From: Chloroflexota bacterium
GTDB lineage: Bacteria; Chloroflexota; Dehalococcoidia; E44-bin15
Direction of reading: 5' to 3'
NCBI GenBank assembly: GCA_034189655.1
Contig: JAXHUE010000005.1
Span: forward strand, 4,408 to 68,407
DNA length: 64,000 nucleotides
Part shown: in pieces, positions 10,832 to 20,997 of the stretch
Layout of the letters: every line of letters begins with the position of its first letter
Numbering within the stretch: position 1 is the first letter of the stretch
Notes under the pieces: generated by a model
The model's input: only the letters and a program-made list of their open reading frames with translations
Told to the model about the DNA's origin: nothing
Database searches by the model: none
Translations under genes and position numbers: made by a program

Positions 10832-13018
10832 TCAAACCGGAAGACGTGGGAAAAGACCGCCGTCGGGGCGCGGGCGGCCCCTCCGGCGTCTCAATGTGTG
10901 GAGGGTGCAGTACGAGGCCACACACGCCAGGGAGAAAAGCGATACGATGTAGCTGGGCAGGTAGACGCGATAGAACCTGGTGTAGGCTATCTCTGTGCTT
11001 GTCCCCTCCACCTCGAACGCGGGCACGAACCCCACGTTTCCCAGCGAGTGGCTTCCCCCCGCCTCCCAGTGCTCCGTGGAGACCCCCTGGGGCACGGTGA
11101 GCACCACGTATCTTGTCGCCACGTCGCCGACGCGATAGCTCGTGGGGCCGCCCTCGACGGCGAGGGCCTGCATCGTGCCATTGCCATCGTCGCCCGTACC
11201 TTCGCCCAGCAGGTACAGGTGCCCGGTGACGTCCTGCTCCTGGCTCAAGGCCAGGTACTCCTCCAGGCCGTCCACGTACACCACGCTGTCGACGCCGTAG
11301 GCGCGGGATACCGGGTGCTCGTTGCGGAAGAGGGTGAGCCCCGGCCGCTGCATGGCGACGGACAGGTCGTCCTGGTGGTAGAGGAACTGGTAGCCCTGGT
11401 AGTCCACCTCGTGCACCAGCACCACGTACTTCACGTTCAGCGGCGCCAGGAGCTCGCCCATGTTGTGGAGCTGGCCACCCCGCGCCAGCAGGAGCTCCAC
11501 GTATGCGCTTACGGGGTCGTCGCTCTGCGAGGGGACGCCGGGTATCTCGATGTTGTCCCCGGCGATGACCGGCCGGTCGAAGAACTGGTGGGCCGGGTTG
11601 GCCAGCCTCTGGTCACGGTTGGGGAGCCACTCGTAGTCCATGTAGAGGTGCCAGGGCAGGAAGAGCACGTTATAGTCGCCCTCGTCGCAGTTTAAGTACT
11701 CGTTCACCTGGTACCACTCCTCGGGGTAGTCGGTGGCCCCGAGCTGGCCATAGGTGCCGAACATGGTGAAGGTGTAGGCCAGGGGGGTGCAGAGCGCCGC
11801 CACAAGGAGAGCGGTCATCGCTGCCCTGGGGAGCCGCCGCCCCTGCCGGGGCACCCATCTGGCCAGGGCGTCCACCCCCAGGCCGCCGAGGCAGGCATAG
11901 GCCAGGCACAGCAGGGCGACGAACTTCTGCGAGTCGCGGAAGCCGCGGAAGAAGGGGATGTGCCCGTAGAGCCACTCGAACAGGGGCCGGGTGAGGTCGC
12001 TTGCCGCCCCCACCGCCAGCAGGAGGCCCAGGACGCCGATGATGCCCAGTGAGAGCACCAGCCACCGCGGCGGCCCGCCGCGGGCCGCTGCCCCCGCTTC
12101 GCCGCGCTGCGAGTCAGGGGGCGAGGCCCAACTGGCCACCAGGCCGTAGACCGCGAGGAACAGTATGGCGACGAAGGGCAACCACCACACGGGCCAGACA
12201 TCGCTCACGTGGATATACCCCTCCCGCCAGAACCCGTACATCGAGGCGGTATCGAAGGTGACGCCCAGCGCCGACGACGACCTGGGGGAGAAGAAGGCGA
12301 GGTCCTCCCAGCCGATGTACCCCAGCGCCGTGCCGCTCGCGGTGACGAGTGGCACCAGCCAGTACACGTTCAGGCCCAGGAACACCACGGCGCCTATGGC
12401 CCCTGTCCTGGCCGCCCTGGCCACGCTCGCCCTCCCCCCACGGTGGGCCACCCTGGCCACGAAGATGACCGAGAAGACGACGAGGAGGAGGAGCAGGAAG
12501 TGCACCTGCAGCAGGCCGGCCAGGGTGGCCCACGCCGCCACCCTTACTGCATTCCTGGCGCCGCCCTCGCTCACCAGGTCCAGAAAGGCCTTTACGGCGA
12601 AGGGCACCACGGCATAGGCCAAGAGCAGCATCCACTGACCGGCGAGGAAGCGGACATAGGTGAAAGGGTTCACCATGTAGAGCACGCCGGCGAAGTAGCG
12701 CCCCCACGCCCCGCAGGGGGCCAGCCGGTGGGCGCCGACGCCGCACAGGAAGAAGGCGAGGAGGAGTATGGCCTTCTGCACCAGCCATGCGGGGAAGACG
12801 CTGGTGATACCCTGCAGCAGGAGGAAGAGGGGGGCGCCGGCGGATATGCCCTCGTCGAGGCCGTAGAGGTGGGCGCTGTAGTCCATGGAGGGGGCGAATA
12901 CCGAGTCGAGGGTGAGGATGTACCCCGGCGCCAGCAGGGGGCCCAGGACGGCCAGGGAGAGCACGCCGTACACGACATAAGGCATCCAGGCCCGCCACCT
13001 CGCGCGTGCCCACCTCAT
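10832..13018 (-). CDS. Polytopic GT-C-fold (AftD/YfhO-like) membrane glycosyltransferase candidate
   Basis: PGYILTLDSVF, AGVLYMVNPF, GFRDSQKF, NVLFLPW, LNVKYVVL, many TM helices. ATG 13018 overlaps the upstream TGA. Confidence 0.7.
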   Translation of the reverse strand: MRWARARWRAWMPYVVYGVLSLAVLGPLLAPGYILTLDSVFAPSMDYSAHLYGLDEGISAGAPLFLLLQGITSVFPAWLVQKAILLLAFFLCGVGAHRLAPCGAWGRYFAGVLYMVNPFTYVRFLAGQWMLLLAYAVVPFAVKAFLDLVSEGGARNAVRVAAWATLAGLLQVHFLLLLLVVFSVIFVARVAHRGGRASVARAARTGAIGAVVFLGLNVYWLVPLVTASGTALGYIGWEDLAFFSPRSSSALGVTFDTASMYGFWREGYIHVSDVWPVWWLPFVAILFLAVYGLVASWASPPDSQRGEAGAAARGGPPRWLVLSLGIIGVLGLLLAVGAASDLTRPLFEWLYGHIPFFRGFRDSQKFVALLCLAYACLGGLGVDALARWVPRQGRRLPRAAMTALLVAALCTPLAYTFTMFGTYGQLGATDYPEEWYQVNEYLNCDEGDYNVLFLPWHLYMDYEWLPNRDQRLANPAHQFFDRPVIAGDNIEIPGVPSQSDDPVSAYVELLLARGGQLHNMGELLAPLNVKYVVLVHEVDYQGYQFLYHQDDLSVAMQRPGLTLFRNEHPVSRAYGVDSVVYVDGLEEYLALSQEQDVTGHLYLLGEGTGDDGNGTMQALAVEGGPTSYRVGDVATRYVVLTVPQGVSTEHWEAGGSHSLGNVGFVPAFEVEGTSTEIAYTRFYRVYLPSYIVSLFSLACVASYCTLHTLRRRRGRPRPDGGLFPRLPV

Positions 13019-13296
13019 CTGCGTCTCCTCGCACCCCTCCTGCTGCCTCTGCCCCCCTCGCGGACGTACCAGATGAGGGCAGAGAGCACCGCGGCGGCCA
13101 GGAGATAGAAGGCGTAGAGCGCGATGTGGGCGGCCACGCCCTCGCCGCCAGCGCCATAGGCGACGGCGGCGGCCACTATCAGGGCGATGGCCGCGAGCGC
13201 CGATATCCGCGATGCCCCCAGCTCCCGGCGGAGGAGGGCGAAGGCGACGACATATGTGGCGAAGGCCACTACGGTGATGATCTCGGCTACGCCCAT
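13015..13296 (-). CDS. Small 3-TM membrane protein
   Basis: 93-aa hydrophobic ORF, translationally coupled to the downstream gene. Confidence 0.7.
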   Translation of the reverse strand: MGVAEIITVVAFATYVVAFALLRRELGASRISALAAIALIVAAAVAYGAGGEGVAAHIALYAFYLLAAAVLSALIWYVREGGRGSRRGARRRR

Positions 13297-13309
13297 TCAC
13301 ACCTCTCTC

Positions 13310-16300
13310 TCATCTGCGCCCTCTCGATGGCAGCGAGCGCCTCTTCTGCCTCACCCAGCCGTAGAGCAGGTACGCCACGGCGATGGCCACAAAGGCCATG
13401 CTTGTGGCCAGGCCGATGTGATAGCGCCGCTGTGGCACGTACTCGACGGTGATGGAGAGGGGGCCGTCGCCGTCGATGTAGAAGCCGTTTATCGCCGAGT
13501 AGAGGGGCACCGACTCGTACCTCTCGCCGTCCACCACGGCCACCCACCCCGGGTCGTAGGCCTCGGAGAAGGCGAGCAGGAAGGGCCCCGATGCCTCCAC
13601 CGCCACCTGGTACCGCGTCGGGTCGACCTTGAGGATATCGGTGACCGTGGCCCCGCCCCCGGAAGAGGCCAGGGCCTCCTCCAGGGACTGGCCGGCGCCA
13701 TCCCCGGAGTAGAGGACGACGGCGTCCAGCTCTGGGCTCTCGCTCCTCCTCACCACTTCGATGTCGTCGAACCAGGTGACGGCGGCGCCCTGTGCCGGGT
13801 CGAGGGCCCACCCCGCGTTCAGCACCACCCGCATCGTATCGGCGTCGCCGGGGACGGTCACCACCTGGCTGAACTGGGCCCAGTCCGAGCTGCCGTCTCT
13901 CCCCGAGGGCACCTGGGCGACCTGGTGCCAGCCCTCGTCCGGTGAGTGCACCTCCAGCGCTATGTGGGACTGCGCGGCGTTCTGCCAACTCACGTGGGTG
14001 GTCACGGTGTAGGCGGCCCCCGGCTCCACCGTGACCTCGTCGCTGTACACCCGGCTCCACGTGTGCCCCGCGGTGGCGCTCGTGGTGAGACGGTAGCTAT
14101 AGTCCCCGTCCCACGCGGTGTTGCCATCGAGGGCCTCGGAGAAGGCCTCCCGCGGCGGGCCCCAGCTCACCACCTCGGCGCCGCGGTAGACCTCGATGTC
14201 GTCGAACCAGGTGGTGGCATCGCCCTGGGACGGCTCCAGGGCCCAGCCGGCATTGAGCACCACCCTGATCTTGGTGACGCCGTCGGGGATGGTTATCGTC
14301 CTGTTGAACTCGGCCCAGTCCGAGCTGCCCTCCCTCCCGGCAGGGACCTGGGCGATCTGGTGCCAGCCCTCCTCCTGGGAGTAGCCGTGAAACGCGATGT
14401 GAGACGCCGTCACGTTCTGCCACTTCATGTGGGTGGCGATGCGGTAGGTGTCCCCAGGGTCGACCCAGACCTCGCCGCTCTTTACCGAGCTCCAGGCGCG
14501 CTCGTGGGCCGACGTGTCGAGGCGGTAGCTGTAGCCGCCGTCCCAGGCCGTGGTGCTATCGAGCGACCCTGAGAAGCCGGCGCCGGGCGCAGACCAGGAG
14601 ACGGGGATGCCCTGGGCGTCTGCGCCCTGCTCGAAGCCGGCGTTCGACACCAGGTTGTGCTCCGCCGTCCGCTCGGCCTCGCTCCCCTCCTCGAAGCTGG
14701 GGTTGGCGACGATGTTGGGCTCCCTGGCGATGGAGGACAGGGTGAGGGTGTGGTCGCCCACCTCCAGGTATACCTCGCCGACGTCGAGCCAGCCCATGCC
14801 CTCTGCGCTCACGCCCTCCAGGGAGACCTCCCACGTCTGGCCGGCGAGATGGGCCACCACGTCCTTGAACTGCTCCCCGCCGCTTAGCCTCATCGCCACC
14901 GCGTAGCTCCCCTCCTTCAAGACCTTGAGCGGCAGGGTGAACTCCCCGCCTTCTGCCAGGACTACCGCCTCCCCGTTGCTGGCATCGACCCCGGCCCTCA
15001 CGGCGAGCGAGTCCAGGGACACCTCTACATCGTCGAACCACGTGGAGGCGCACCCCTGCGAGGGCTCAAGGGCCCAGCCGGCATTGAGCACCACTCTCAA
15101 ATGGGTGGCACCGTGAGGCACCACCACCGCGGCGCTGAACCGGGCCCAGTCCGATGAGCCCTCCTGCCCCGGGGGCACCTGGGCGATCTGGTACCAGCCC
15201 TGGCCCTGGGAGTAGGCCTGCACCGCGACGTGGGACTCCACGGCGTTCTGCCACCTCATGTGGGTGGTGATGCGGTAGGTGGCCCCCGCCTCCACGGCGA
15301 CCTCCTCGCCCCTGACCGAGCTCCAGGCGCGCTCCTGGGCCGACGTATCGAGGCGGTAGCTGTAGCCGCCGTCCCAGGCCGTGGAGCCGTCCAGCGCCGC
15401 GGAGAAGTCCCCCCGCGGCATGCCCCAGCCCAGGGGGGCCCCCGCCTCGTCCAGGCCCTGCTCGAAGCCGGGGTTGGAGAGCAGGCCGCCCCCGCGCAGG
15501 CTCGAGCTCACGGTGGACTCTGCCTCCAGCATGTACACCAGGTCGGCAGGCCCCAGGGACTCGATGGCGCCAATGAGGGCCTCGGCGACGGCCTCCACCG
15601 GTGCCACCACCACCTGGTCCAGGTAGCAGACGCCGCCCTCGCCCTGGACCGAGACCACCGCGCTGCCTTCGTCGAGCCCCACTGTGCCCAGGTGGAACCA
15701 CCCCAGCCTGCTGAAGTCGCGGGAGGCATCGACCTGGCCCACCTCCTTGCCGTCGATGGAGAAGGTCATGGCACCGCCGTCGGGCCCGGTCCACACCCGG
15801 GCCCACACCTGGTGCTCCCCCGACGCGGCGACTGAGAGCGGAACCCGCAGCTCGCCCGCCGTCTCGGAGAACGCGCCGCGGTGGCCGGCGAGGTACCAGT
15901 TGTACCACCAGTAGGCGCTGGCGTCGGCCCAGCCGTCACGAGAGTCGTTGCACGGGGCATACCGGCCCAGCCCCTCCAGCCTGAAGTCGGTGGGGATGAA
16001 CGTGGCCACGTACTCGAACTCATCGCCGTTGGCTATGACGATGGCATCGGCCTCCGCGATAAGCCCCTGCCTCTGTGCGTCGTCGACGCCGGCCAGGTCG
16101 GAGGCCAGGAGCACGCCGTCGCTCACCGCGCCTCCGGCCCACTCGCCGAGGTAGGAGAGCGATACCAGGGCCTGGGGGTCGCCGGCGAGGACCAGGGGGT
16201 CGGCCACGACGTAGAGATGGCCCAGCGCGCTGGGGTTCTGGTATATGGTCACCTCGCCCTGTACCTGGTCGAGGTCGAGGTCGCGCTGGAGCTGGAGTAC

Positions 16301-17962
16301 CTGCCTCTCCCCGTCTGCCGTCCAGCGCTGCTCCAGGCCGGGAAAGGCCCTCATATAGGAGGCGGGGTACGGCGAGTGGAAGTCGCCTCTCAGCAGGACG
16401 TACTCTATGTTGGCACACTTCATCAGGTCGCCGCCGTACTGTGTGCGGTCGTCGTGGAGGGCATAGGCCAGCACCGTGGCGTACTGCCAGCCGGGGAAGT
16501 ACCCGCTCGCCGTCGAGTAGCAGTAGGGCAGCGAGGGCTTGGGGGAGTAGCGTATCAGGAAGTCGGTCACCGACCTCGACTCCAGGCCGTCGTACTGCGT
16601 CGGCGCCAGCATGGGGAGCCACAGCACCCTGAAGTCCCCTTCCATAGCGGCTACGTCGTCGTAGACCTGCCGGTACTCATCGCCGTACTCGAAGACCTGG
16701 ACTTGCCCCCCCAGGCCGCCGCCGAGCATGGGGAACGATGTGAAGAGCAGGGTGGCGGTGAGTGCGAGCGGCACCGCCGCTCGCACCGCGGGGCGGCGGG
16801 GCCTGAGCCAGCGCAGGCAGGACTGGAAGGTGAACCCGATGAGGATGGCGTAGGGGAGCGCTATGAGAAACGTGATGTGGTATATCTCGCGGAAGGTGCC
16901 GATGAGCGGCACGTGGTCGAAGAGCCACAGCTTGGCGGAGCTCAAGGGGGCGTTGACCCCGGTGGCGAAGGCGATGGCGATGAGCGCCACCAGGCTGAAA
17001 TAGACGATGCGCCGGTCCCAGGGCCGCAGGAGGAGCGCGGCTGCGGCCAGGGCCGGGACTGAGAAGCTCACCACGGCCCACGCCTGGTCGAGCGGCGTGG
17101 CCTGCACCGCCTGGGAGAAGTAGGCCAGGTGCGGAGACAGGTACCCCACCAGTCGAATGGCGTCGGGCATGGCCATGGAGTGCTGGGCCAGCCCCTCAAG
17201 GGTGGCCGCGGTGGAGATTGCGCCGAGGGCCGCCTCGCGCTCGGCGAAGAGGTTCAGCAGCCAGGGCAGGTGAACGATGAGGGCGATGGCCACCACGCCG
17301 CCGAGGAGGCCCAGCCCGGTGGCCGTCTGCCTCCAGCTTCTCCTCAGGCACCAGAGGAAGAGGAGCAGGAACACCATGGCGAAGAACTGTATCTGCACCC
17401 CGACGAGGGCGAACAGCAGCCCGGCCACGAGCAGGTTCCTCCACCTCGCCTCTCCACCGCCGGTGGCCCTCGTGAAGAAGGCAAGTGCCAGGGGGGCGGC
17501 GGCATAGGCCACCAGGTAGTTCACGTGGCCGGCAGCGATCTTGTTGAACATCACCGGGGTGAGCATGTAGAAGAGCCCGGCCACGAACGAGGGGATGGTG
17601 CCCAGGCGCAGCGCGCGCGCCAGGAAATAGGTGGCGAACCCGCTGGCCATGACGGCGATGAAGAGGAAGGCCTTGGAGAGCAGCTCGCCATCGGCACCGA
17701 GGAAGGAGAACGAGCCCAGCGTAAATCGGAGCAGGTAGTGGGAGGGGTACAGGAAGCTCTGCCCCATCCCCTGCTCGCACCACGCGTACAGGTTCTCGCC
17801 GAAGTACTGCTGGAGCTGGGCGGTGTACGGCGGTATGGGCCAGTCGTGCTTGAGCCCGATGGTGCCCGGGGTCATCAGCACCACGCGCAGCGAGATGAAG
17901 GTGACGAAGGCGTACGCCAGCGACACCCACAGGTGGTCTCTCTTCGTCCCCTGGGCCTTCAT
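13310..17962 (-). CDS. Large GT-C/AftD-like membrane protein with three CBM4/9-like domains and a C-terminal TM (~1550 aa)
   Basis: N-terminal TM region (KHDW, AGLFYMLTP, FRVLWLP, ANIEYVLLR), three NPxFE...W..DG.YSYR...WFDDIEV repeats, YfhO-like tail (LAFSEAYDPGW, AINGF). ATG 17962 overlaps the upstream TGA. Confidence 0.75.
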   Translation of the reverse strand: MKAQGTKRDHLWVSLAYAFVTFISLRVVLMTPGTIGLKHDWPIPPYTAQLQQYFGENLYAWCEQGMGQSFLYPSHYLLRFTLGSFSFLGADGELLSKAFLFIAVMASGFATYFLARALRLGTIPSFVAGLFYMLTPVMFNKIAAGHVNYLVAYAAAPLALAFFTRATGGGEARWRNLLVAGLLFALVGVQIQFFAMVFLLLFLWCLRRSWRQTATGLGLLGGVVAIALIVHLPWLLNLFAEREAALGAISTAATLEGLAQHSMAMPDAIRLVGYLSPHLAYFSQAVQATPLDQAWAVVSFSVPALAAAALLLRPWDRRIVYFSLVALIAIAFATGVNAPLSSAKLWLFDHVPLIGTFREIYHITFLIALPYAILIGFTFQSCLRWLRPRRPAVRAAVPLALTATLLFTSFPMLGGGLGGQVQVFEYGDEYRQVYDDVAAMEGDFRVLWLPMLAPTQYDGLESRSVTDFLIRYSPKPSLPYCYSTASGYFPGWQYATVLAYALHDDRTQYGGDLMKCANIEYVLLRGDFHSPYPASYMRAFPGLEQRWTADGERQVLQLQRDLDLDQVQGEVTIYQNPSALGHLYVVADPLVLAGDPQALVSLSYLGEWAGGAVSDGVLLASDLAGVDDAQRQGLIAEADAIVIANGDEFEYVATFIPTDFRLEGLGRYAPCNDSRDGWADASAYWWYNWYLAGHRGAFSETAGELRVPLSVAASGEHQVWARVWTGPDGGAMTFSIDGKEVGQVDASRDFSRLGWFHLGTVGLDEGSAVVSVQGEGGVCYLDQVVVAPVEAVAEALIGAIESLGPADLVYMLEAESTVSSSLRGGGLLSNPGFEQGLDEAGAPLGWGMPRGDFSAALDGSTAWDGGYSYRLDTSAQERAWSSVRGEEVAVEAGATYRITTHMRWQNAVESHVAVQAYSQGQGWYQIAQVPPGQEGSSDWARFSAAVVVPHGATHLRVVLNAGWALEPSQGCASTWFDDVEVSLDSLAVRAGVDASNGEAVVLAEGGEFTLPLKVLKEGSYAVAMRLSGGEQFKDVVAHLAGQTWEVSLEGVSAEGMGWLDVGEVYLEVGDHTLTLSSIAREPNIVANPSFEEGSEAERTAEHNLVSNAGFEQGADAQGIPVSWSAPGAGFSGSLDSTTAWDGGYSYRLDTSAHERAWSSVKSGEVWVDPGDTYRIATHMKWQNVTASHIAFHGYSQEEGWHQIAQVPAGREGSSDWAEFNRTITIPDGVTKIRVVLNAGWALEPSQGDATTWFDDIEVYRGAEVVSWGPPREAFSEALDGNTAWDGDYSYRLTTSATAGHTWSRVYSDEVTVEPGAAYTVTTHVSWQNAAQSHIALEVHSPDEGWHQVAQVPSGRDGSSDWAQFSQVVTVPGDADTMRVVLNAGWALDPAQGAAVTWFDDIEVVRRSESPELDAVVLYSGDGAGQSLEEALASSGGGATVTDILKVDPTRYQVAVEASGPFLLAFSEAYDPGWVAVVDGERYESVPLYSAINGFYIDGDGPLSITVEYVPQRRYHIGLATSMAFVAIAVAYLLYGWVRQKRRSLPSRGRR
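13750..15490 (-). repeat. Three paralogous ~450 bp CBM-coding repeats (~15020-15490, ~14190-14660, ~13750-14170)
   Basis: Near-identical peptides TAWDGxYSYRL, HxxWQN, QIAQVP.G.EGSSDWA, VVLNAGWAL.P.QG...WFDD. Confidence 0.85.
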
Positions 17963-19065
17963 GGTGTCAACGCCTGGGCCTGGTGCACCGCTGCCAGCAG
18001 CGCCGCGGTGCACGCCGGTATCGAGAAGTGGCCCTCGACGTGCCGGCGGCACCTCTGGCGCATGGCATCGCTCACCCCGCGGCCGTAGACCTCCTGGCAC
18101 GTGTCGACGAGCTGGCGGCGGCCGCTCACCAGCCATCCGGTCTCGCCGTCGCACACGGTCTCCGCCGGCCCCTGGTAGCCGTAGCAGACGACCGGGGTGC
18201 CACAGGCCATGCTCTCCACCGGGACGTAGCCGAAGGGCTCGTGCGTGGCCGGGAACAGTGTGGCCACGGCCCCAGAGTAGTACCGCACCAGCTCCTCGTC
18301 GCTCACGAAGCCCCGGTTGTCGCAGCCCGCTACGCGGTGGGCGCCCACCTTTACCACCGGTACCGTGGCGGCGACCTGGGCCACGGCCTCGCTGTCTATC
18401 TCTGCGGCACCGCCTATGGCCAGGAGGTACCTCTCGCCCCCTCCGCCCTGACCCTGGGGGCAGAACCTCTCGGTGTCCACCGGCAGGTATACCACCTGCG
18501 AGTGGATGCCGGTGAACAGGTAGAGCCACTCGGCGGTGAAGCGGCTGTTGGCCAGCACCAGGTCGAACCGGGAGAGGCGGCGCTGCATCCTGGAGAGCAG
18601 GAGGGGAGAGGTGGCCCTGAGCATGAGCTTGAGCGGGCGTGCCAGCGGCAGGCTGCGGTACCACTCCTCCATGAAGGGCATGGTGTAGGGCAGGCCGTGG
18701 CAGAAGTAGACCAGGGGGCGCCCTGCACCGTCGATGGCGGTGCGGTAGCCGAAGCCGGGGATGTGGATGTAGCAGTCGGCGTCTATGTCACGCACCAGCC
18801 GGGAGAGCCTCCTGCCCACGGCGTCGAGGTAGTAGTCGGCCACCATCAGGTGGCCGTACCGCTTGGCGTGGTCTATGACCTCCAGGCACTTTACCTCGGC
18901 GTAGGGAGAGAAGCGCTCGATGGCCCCGGCGGTGGCCCAGGGCGTGGCCACCACTGCCTCGTGGCCGGCCTCCTTGAGACCACGGCACAGGTTGAGCAGC
19001 AGGGAGACGGCGCCTCCCCCCGCGGAGAGGTCGGCGTGGAGAAAGGCCACCTTCGTCCGGGACAT
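17959..19065 (-). CDS. Glycosyltransferase family 4
   Basis: HEPFGYVPVESMACGTPV (E-x7-E), ANSRFT. Confidence 0.92.
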   Translation of the reverse strand: MSRTKVAFLHADLSAGGGAVSLLLNLCRGLKEAGHEAVVATPWATAGAIERFSPYAEVKCLEVIDHAKRYGHLMVADYYLDAVGRRLSRLVRDIDADCYIHIPGFGYRTAIDGAGRPLVYFCHGLPYTMPFMEEWYRSLPLARPLKLMLRATSPLLLSRMQRRLSRFDLVLANSRFTAEWLYLFTGIHSQVVYLPVDTERFCPQGQGGGGERYLLAIGGAAEIDSEAVAQVAATVPVVKVGAHRVAGCDNRGFVSDEELVRYYSGAVATLFPATHEPFGYVPVESMACGTPVVCYGYQGPAETVCDGETGWLVSGRRQLVDTCQEVYGRGVSDAMRQRCRRHVEGHFSIPACTAALLAAVHQAQALTP

Positions 19066-19067
19066 GG

Positions 19068-19769
19068 TCACTCCTTTCGCGCCGCTATGAGCACGTTGCG
19101 GGCAAAGGTACCCGCGGGCAGGGCCCACGACATGAGGCGCTCGAGCGATACCAGGACGCCCAGGGGCAGCCCGCGGTCTGCCCTGCGGTACAGCGGGAAG
19201 GGGAGCCTGGTGCCGGCACCCCTGTCCACTATGGTGAGGTCGCGCCCCAGCGCCCTCTCCACGTCCCCGACGTGGAACAGGGAGTAGTTGGCCCGCCCAA
19301 GCCCCAGGCGGGCGACGGAGCGCGCGTTGCCGAGCTCCAGGATGAAGATGCCCCCCCTCTTCAGCACCCGCGCCGCCTCTCCCAGGGTGACCTCCCACTG
19401 GGGGACGTACTTCAAGACCCTGATACAGAGGACGTAGTCGAAGGTCTCGTCGGGGTAGGGCAGGGCCTGCCCGATATCGGCCACCTGGAGCTGCGCCGCC
19501 CCCTCCCCCAGCCTCTGCCGCGCCCGCGCAAGCATGCCCTCCGAGACATCGATGCCATCCACCACCGCCCCCCGCTCCGTGCACAGGGAGGCCAGGCGGC
19601 CGGTGCCGATGCCCATGTCCAGCACCCTCTCGCCCTTCGCGGCGGGGCAGTGCCTCATCACGAACGCGACCTCAAGCTCGCTCAAAAACTGTGTGCCTCG
19701 GCTCTGCTGGAAGGCAGAGGTGTCGTAGCAGGGGGAGAAGCGGTCGAAGAACTGCGCAATGCTATCCAC
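19068..19769 (-). CDS. Class I SAM-dependent methyltransferase
   Basis: VLDMGIGTG, GIDVSEGML, LPYPDETFD, RVLKRGG. GTG start with GGAGG SD. Confidence 0.92.
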   Translation of the reverse strand: MDSIAQFFDRFSPCYDTSAFQQSRGTQFLSELEVAFVMRHCPAAKGERVLDMGIGTGRLASLCTERGAVVDGIDVSEGMLARARQRLGEGAAQLQVADIGQALPYPDETFDYVLCIRVLKYVPQWEVTLGEAARVLKRGGIFILELGNARSVARLGLGRANYSLFHVGDVERALGRDLTIVDRGAGTRLPFPLYRRADRGLPLGVLVSLERLMSWALPAGTFARNVLIAARKE

Positions 19770-20997
19770 AGAGCACCTCCCGGTAGATATCTGCGACCCT
19801 GGCCGCCGCGGTGCCCCAGTCGAACTCCGCCGCCGTCTCCTGTGCGCTCCGCCCCAGCGCCGAGGCGCGCTCGTCGTCGGCGAGGAGCCCGACGATGGCC
19901 TGCGCCAGGCCGTCCCGGTCACGGGGCGAGACCAGGATGCCGTTGTGGCCGTCGCGGACGACCTCAGGGATGGCCCCGATGCCGGTGGTGACCACCGGCC
20001 TGCCCGCGGCCATGGCCTCCAGCAGGACCAGTGGGTACTCAGGGAGCTCGGGGCGGAAGCGGTAGGGCAGCACCACGACGTCGGCCAGGCCCAGGTACAG
20101 CTCCGGCTTCGCAACGTAGCCCACCACGGTCTTCACCGAGTCACCCAGGCCGCTCGCCGCCGCCAGCGCCTCGATGCGGCCCATCGGTGAGCGCGGCATC
20201 CGGTTCAGCACCAGGAGCGCCGCGGCCTGGGGCACCTCGCGGCGCACCGCCTCCATGGCATGGATGACGTCGTCGATGCCCCGCACCAGGAAGGCGTGGC
20301 CCAGGTAGAGCACCACCTTCTGCTCAGGGGCGAGGCCCAGCCCCCTCTTGAGCCGCTGGGCCTCCTCAGGGTCGTAGTGGGCGAAGCGGTGAAAGTCCAC
20401 CCCGTGGGGTACGCGGGCCACCCGCTCCGCTCCCAGGAGCCGGGAGTAGAAGCGCTCCATGCCGTGGCTCTGGACGATGACGCGGTGGCAGCGGCCCAGC
20501 ACGCGGGCGATGGCGGGGCCGGGCACCAGGTCGGCGAGCAGCGCGTTTAGGCCCAGGAGCACCCTGCGGTCGTAGGCCAGGTCCGACGGCCTCAAGCCAG
20601 AGAGGTCGCGGAGCGGCACCTTCGCGGTGTAGAGGTGGAGGACGAGGGGGCCTGCGGGGCGACGCCCCGCCGTGAGCGTGAGGGCGCGGAGCAGGCCGCC
20701 GTAGAAGCTCACCAGGTTGAACCCGTCCCCGTCCATGGCCAGGGAGAGGCCGTCGCGGTACTGGACCTCTACCCCGCCGCTCATGGTCGCCGTGCCACCC
20801 CCACCCTGGCTGCCGTCCCTCTCGGTGACGATGGTCACGCCGTACCCCTCCTGGGCCAGTCGCCTCGATATCTCGTAGGCCGAGCGGGGCAGCATGGTGA
20901 GCCTGTCGGCCCAGAAGTACTGCACCGCCGTCCCTATACTGTGCCGGCCTGCCACCCCCTGCTCGCTATCCTGGCGGCGCAGGTCGAGGGCGCTCAT
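19762..20997 (-). CDS. Glycosyltransferase family 4
   Basis: VPHGVD, PEYPLVLLEAMAAGRPVV, F(D)W C-terminus. Confidence 0.92.
   Translation of the reverse strand: MSALDLRRQDSEQGVAGRHSIGTAVQYFWADRLTMLPRSAYEISRRLAQEGYGVTIVTERDGSQGGGGTATMSGGVEVQYRDGLSLAMDGDGFNLVSFYGGLLRALTLTAGRRPAGPLVLHLYTAKVPLRDLSGLRPSDLAYDRRVLLGLNALLADLVPGPAIARVLGRCHRVIVQSHGMERFYSRLLGAERVARVPHGVDFHRFAHYDPEEAQRLKRGLGLAPEQKVVLYLGHAFLVRGIDDVIHAMEAVRREVPQAAALLVLNRMPRSPMGRIEALAAASGLGDSVKTVVGYVAKPELYLGLADVVVLPYRFRPELPEYPLVLLEAMAAGRPVVTTGIGAIPEVVRDGHNGILVSPRDRDGLAQAIVGLLADDERASALGRSAQETAAEFDWGTAAARVADIYREVLCG

Noticed and set aside
17963-18664. N-terminal extension of the 1784-aa ORF, and similar extensions of ORFs at 10832, 17959, 19068, 19762, 20994, 23881, 50500, 53987 and 54754
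   Set aside because: They overlap upstream genes in another frame and read as Arg/Gly/Pro-rich shadow sequence. SD sites and ATGA overlaps give shorter starts.
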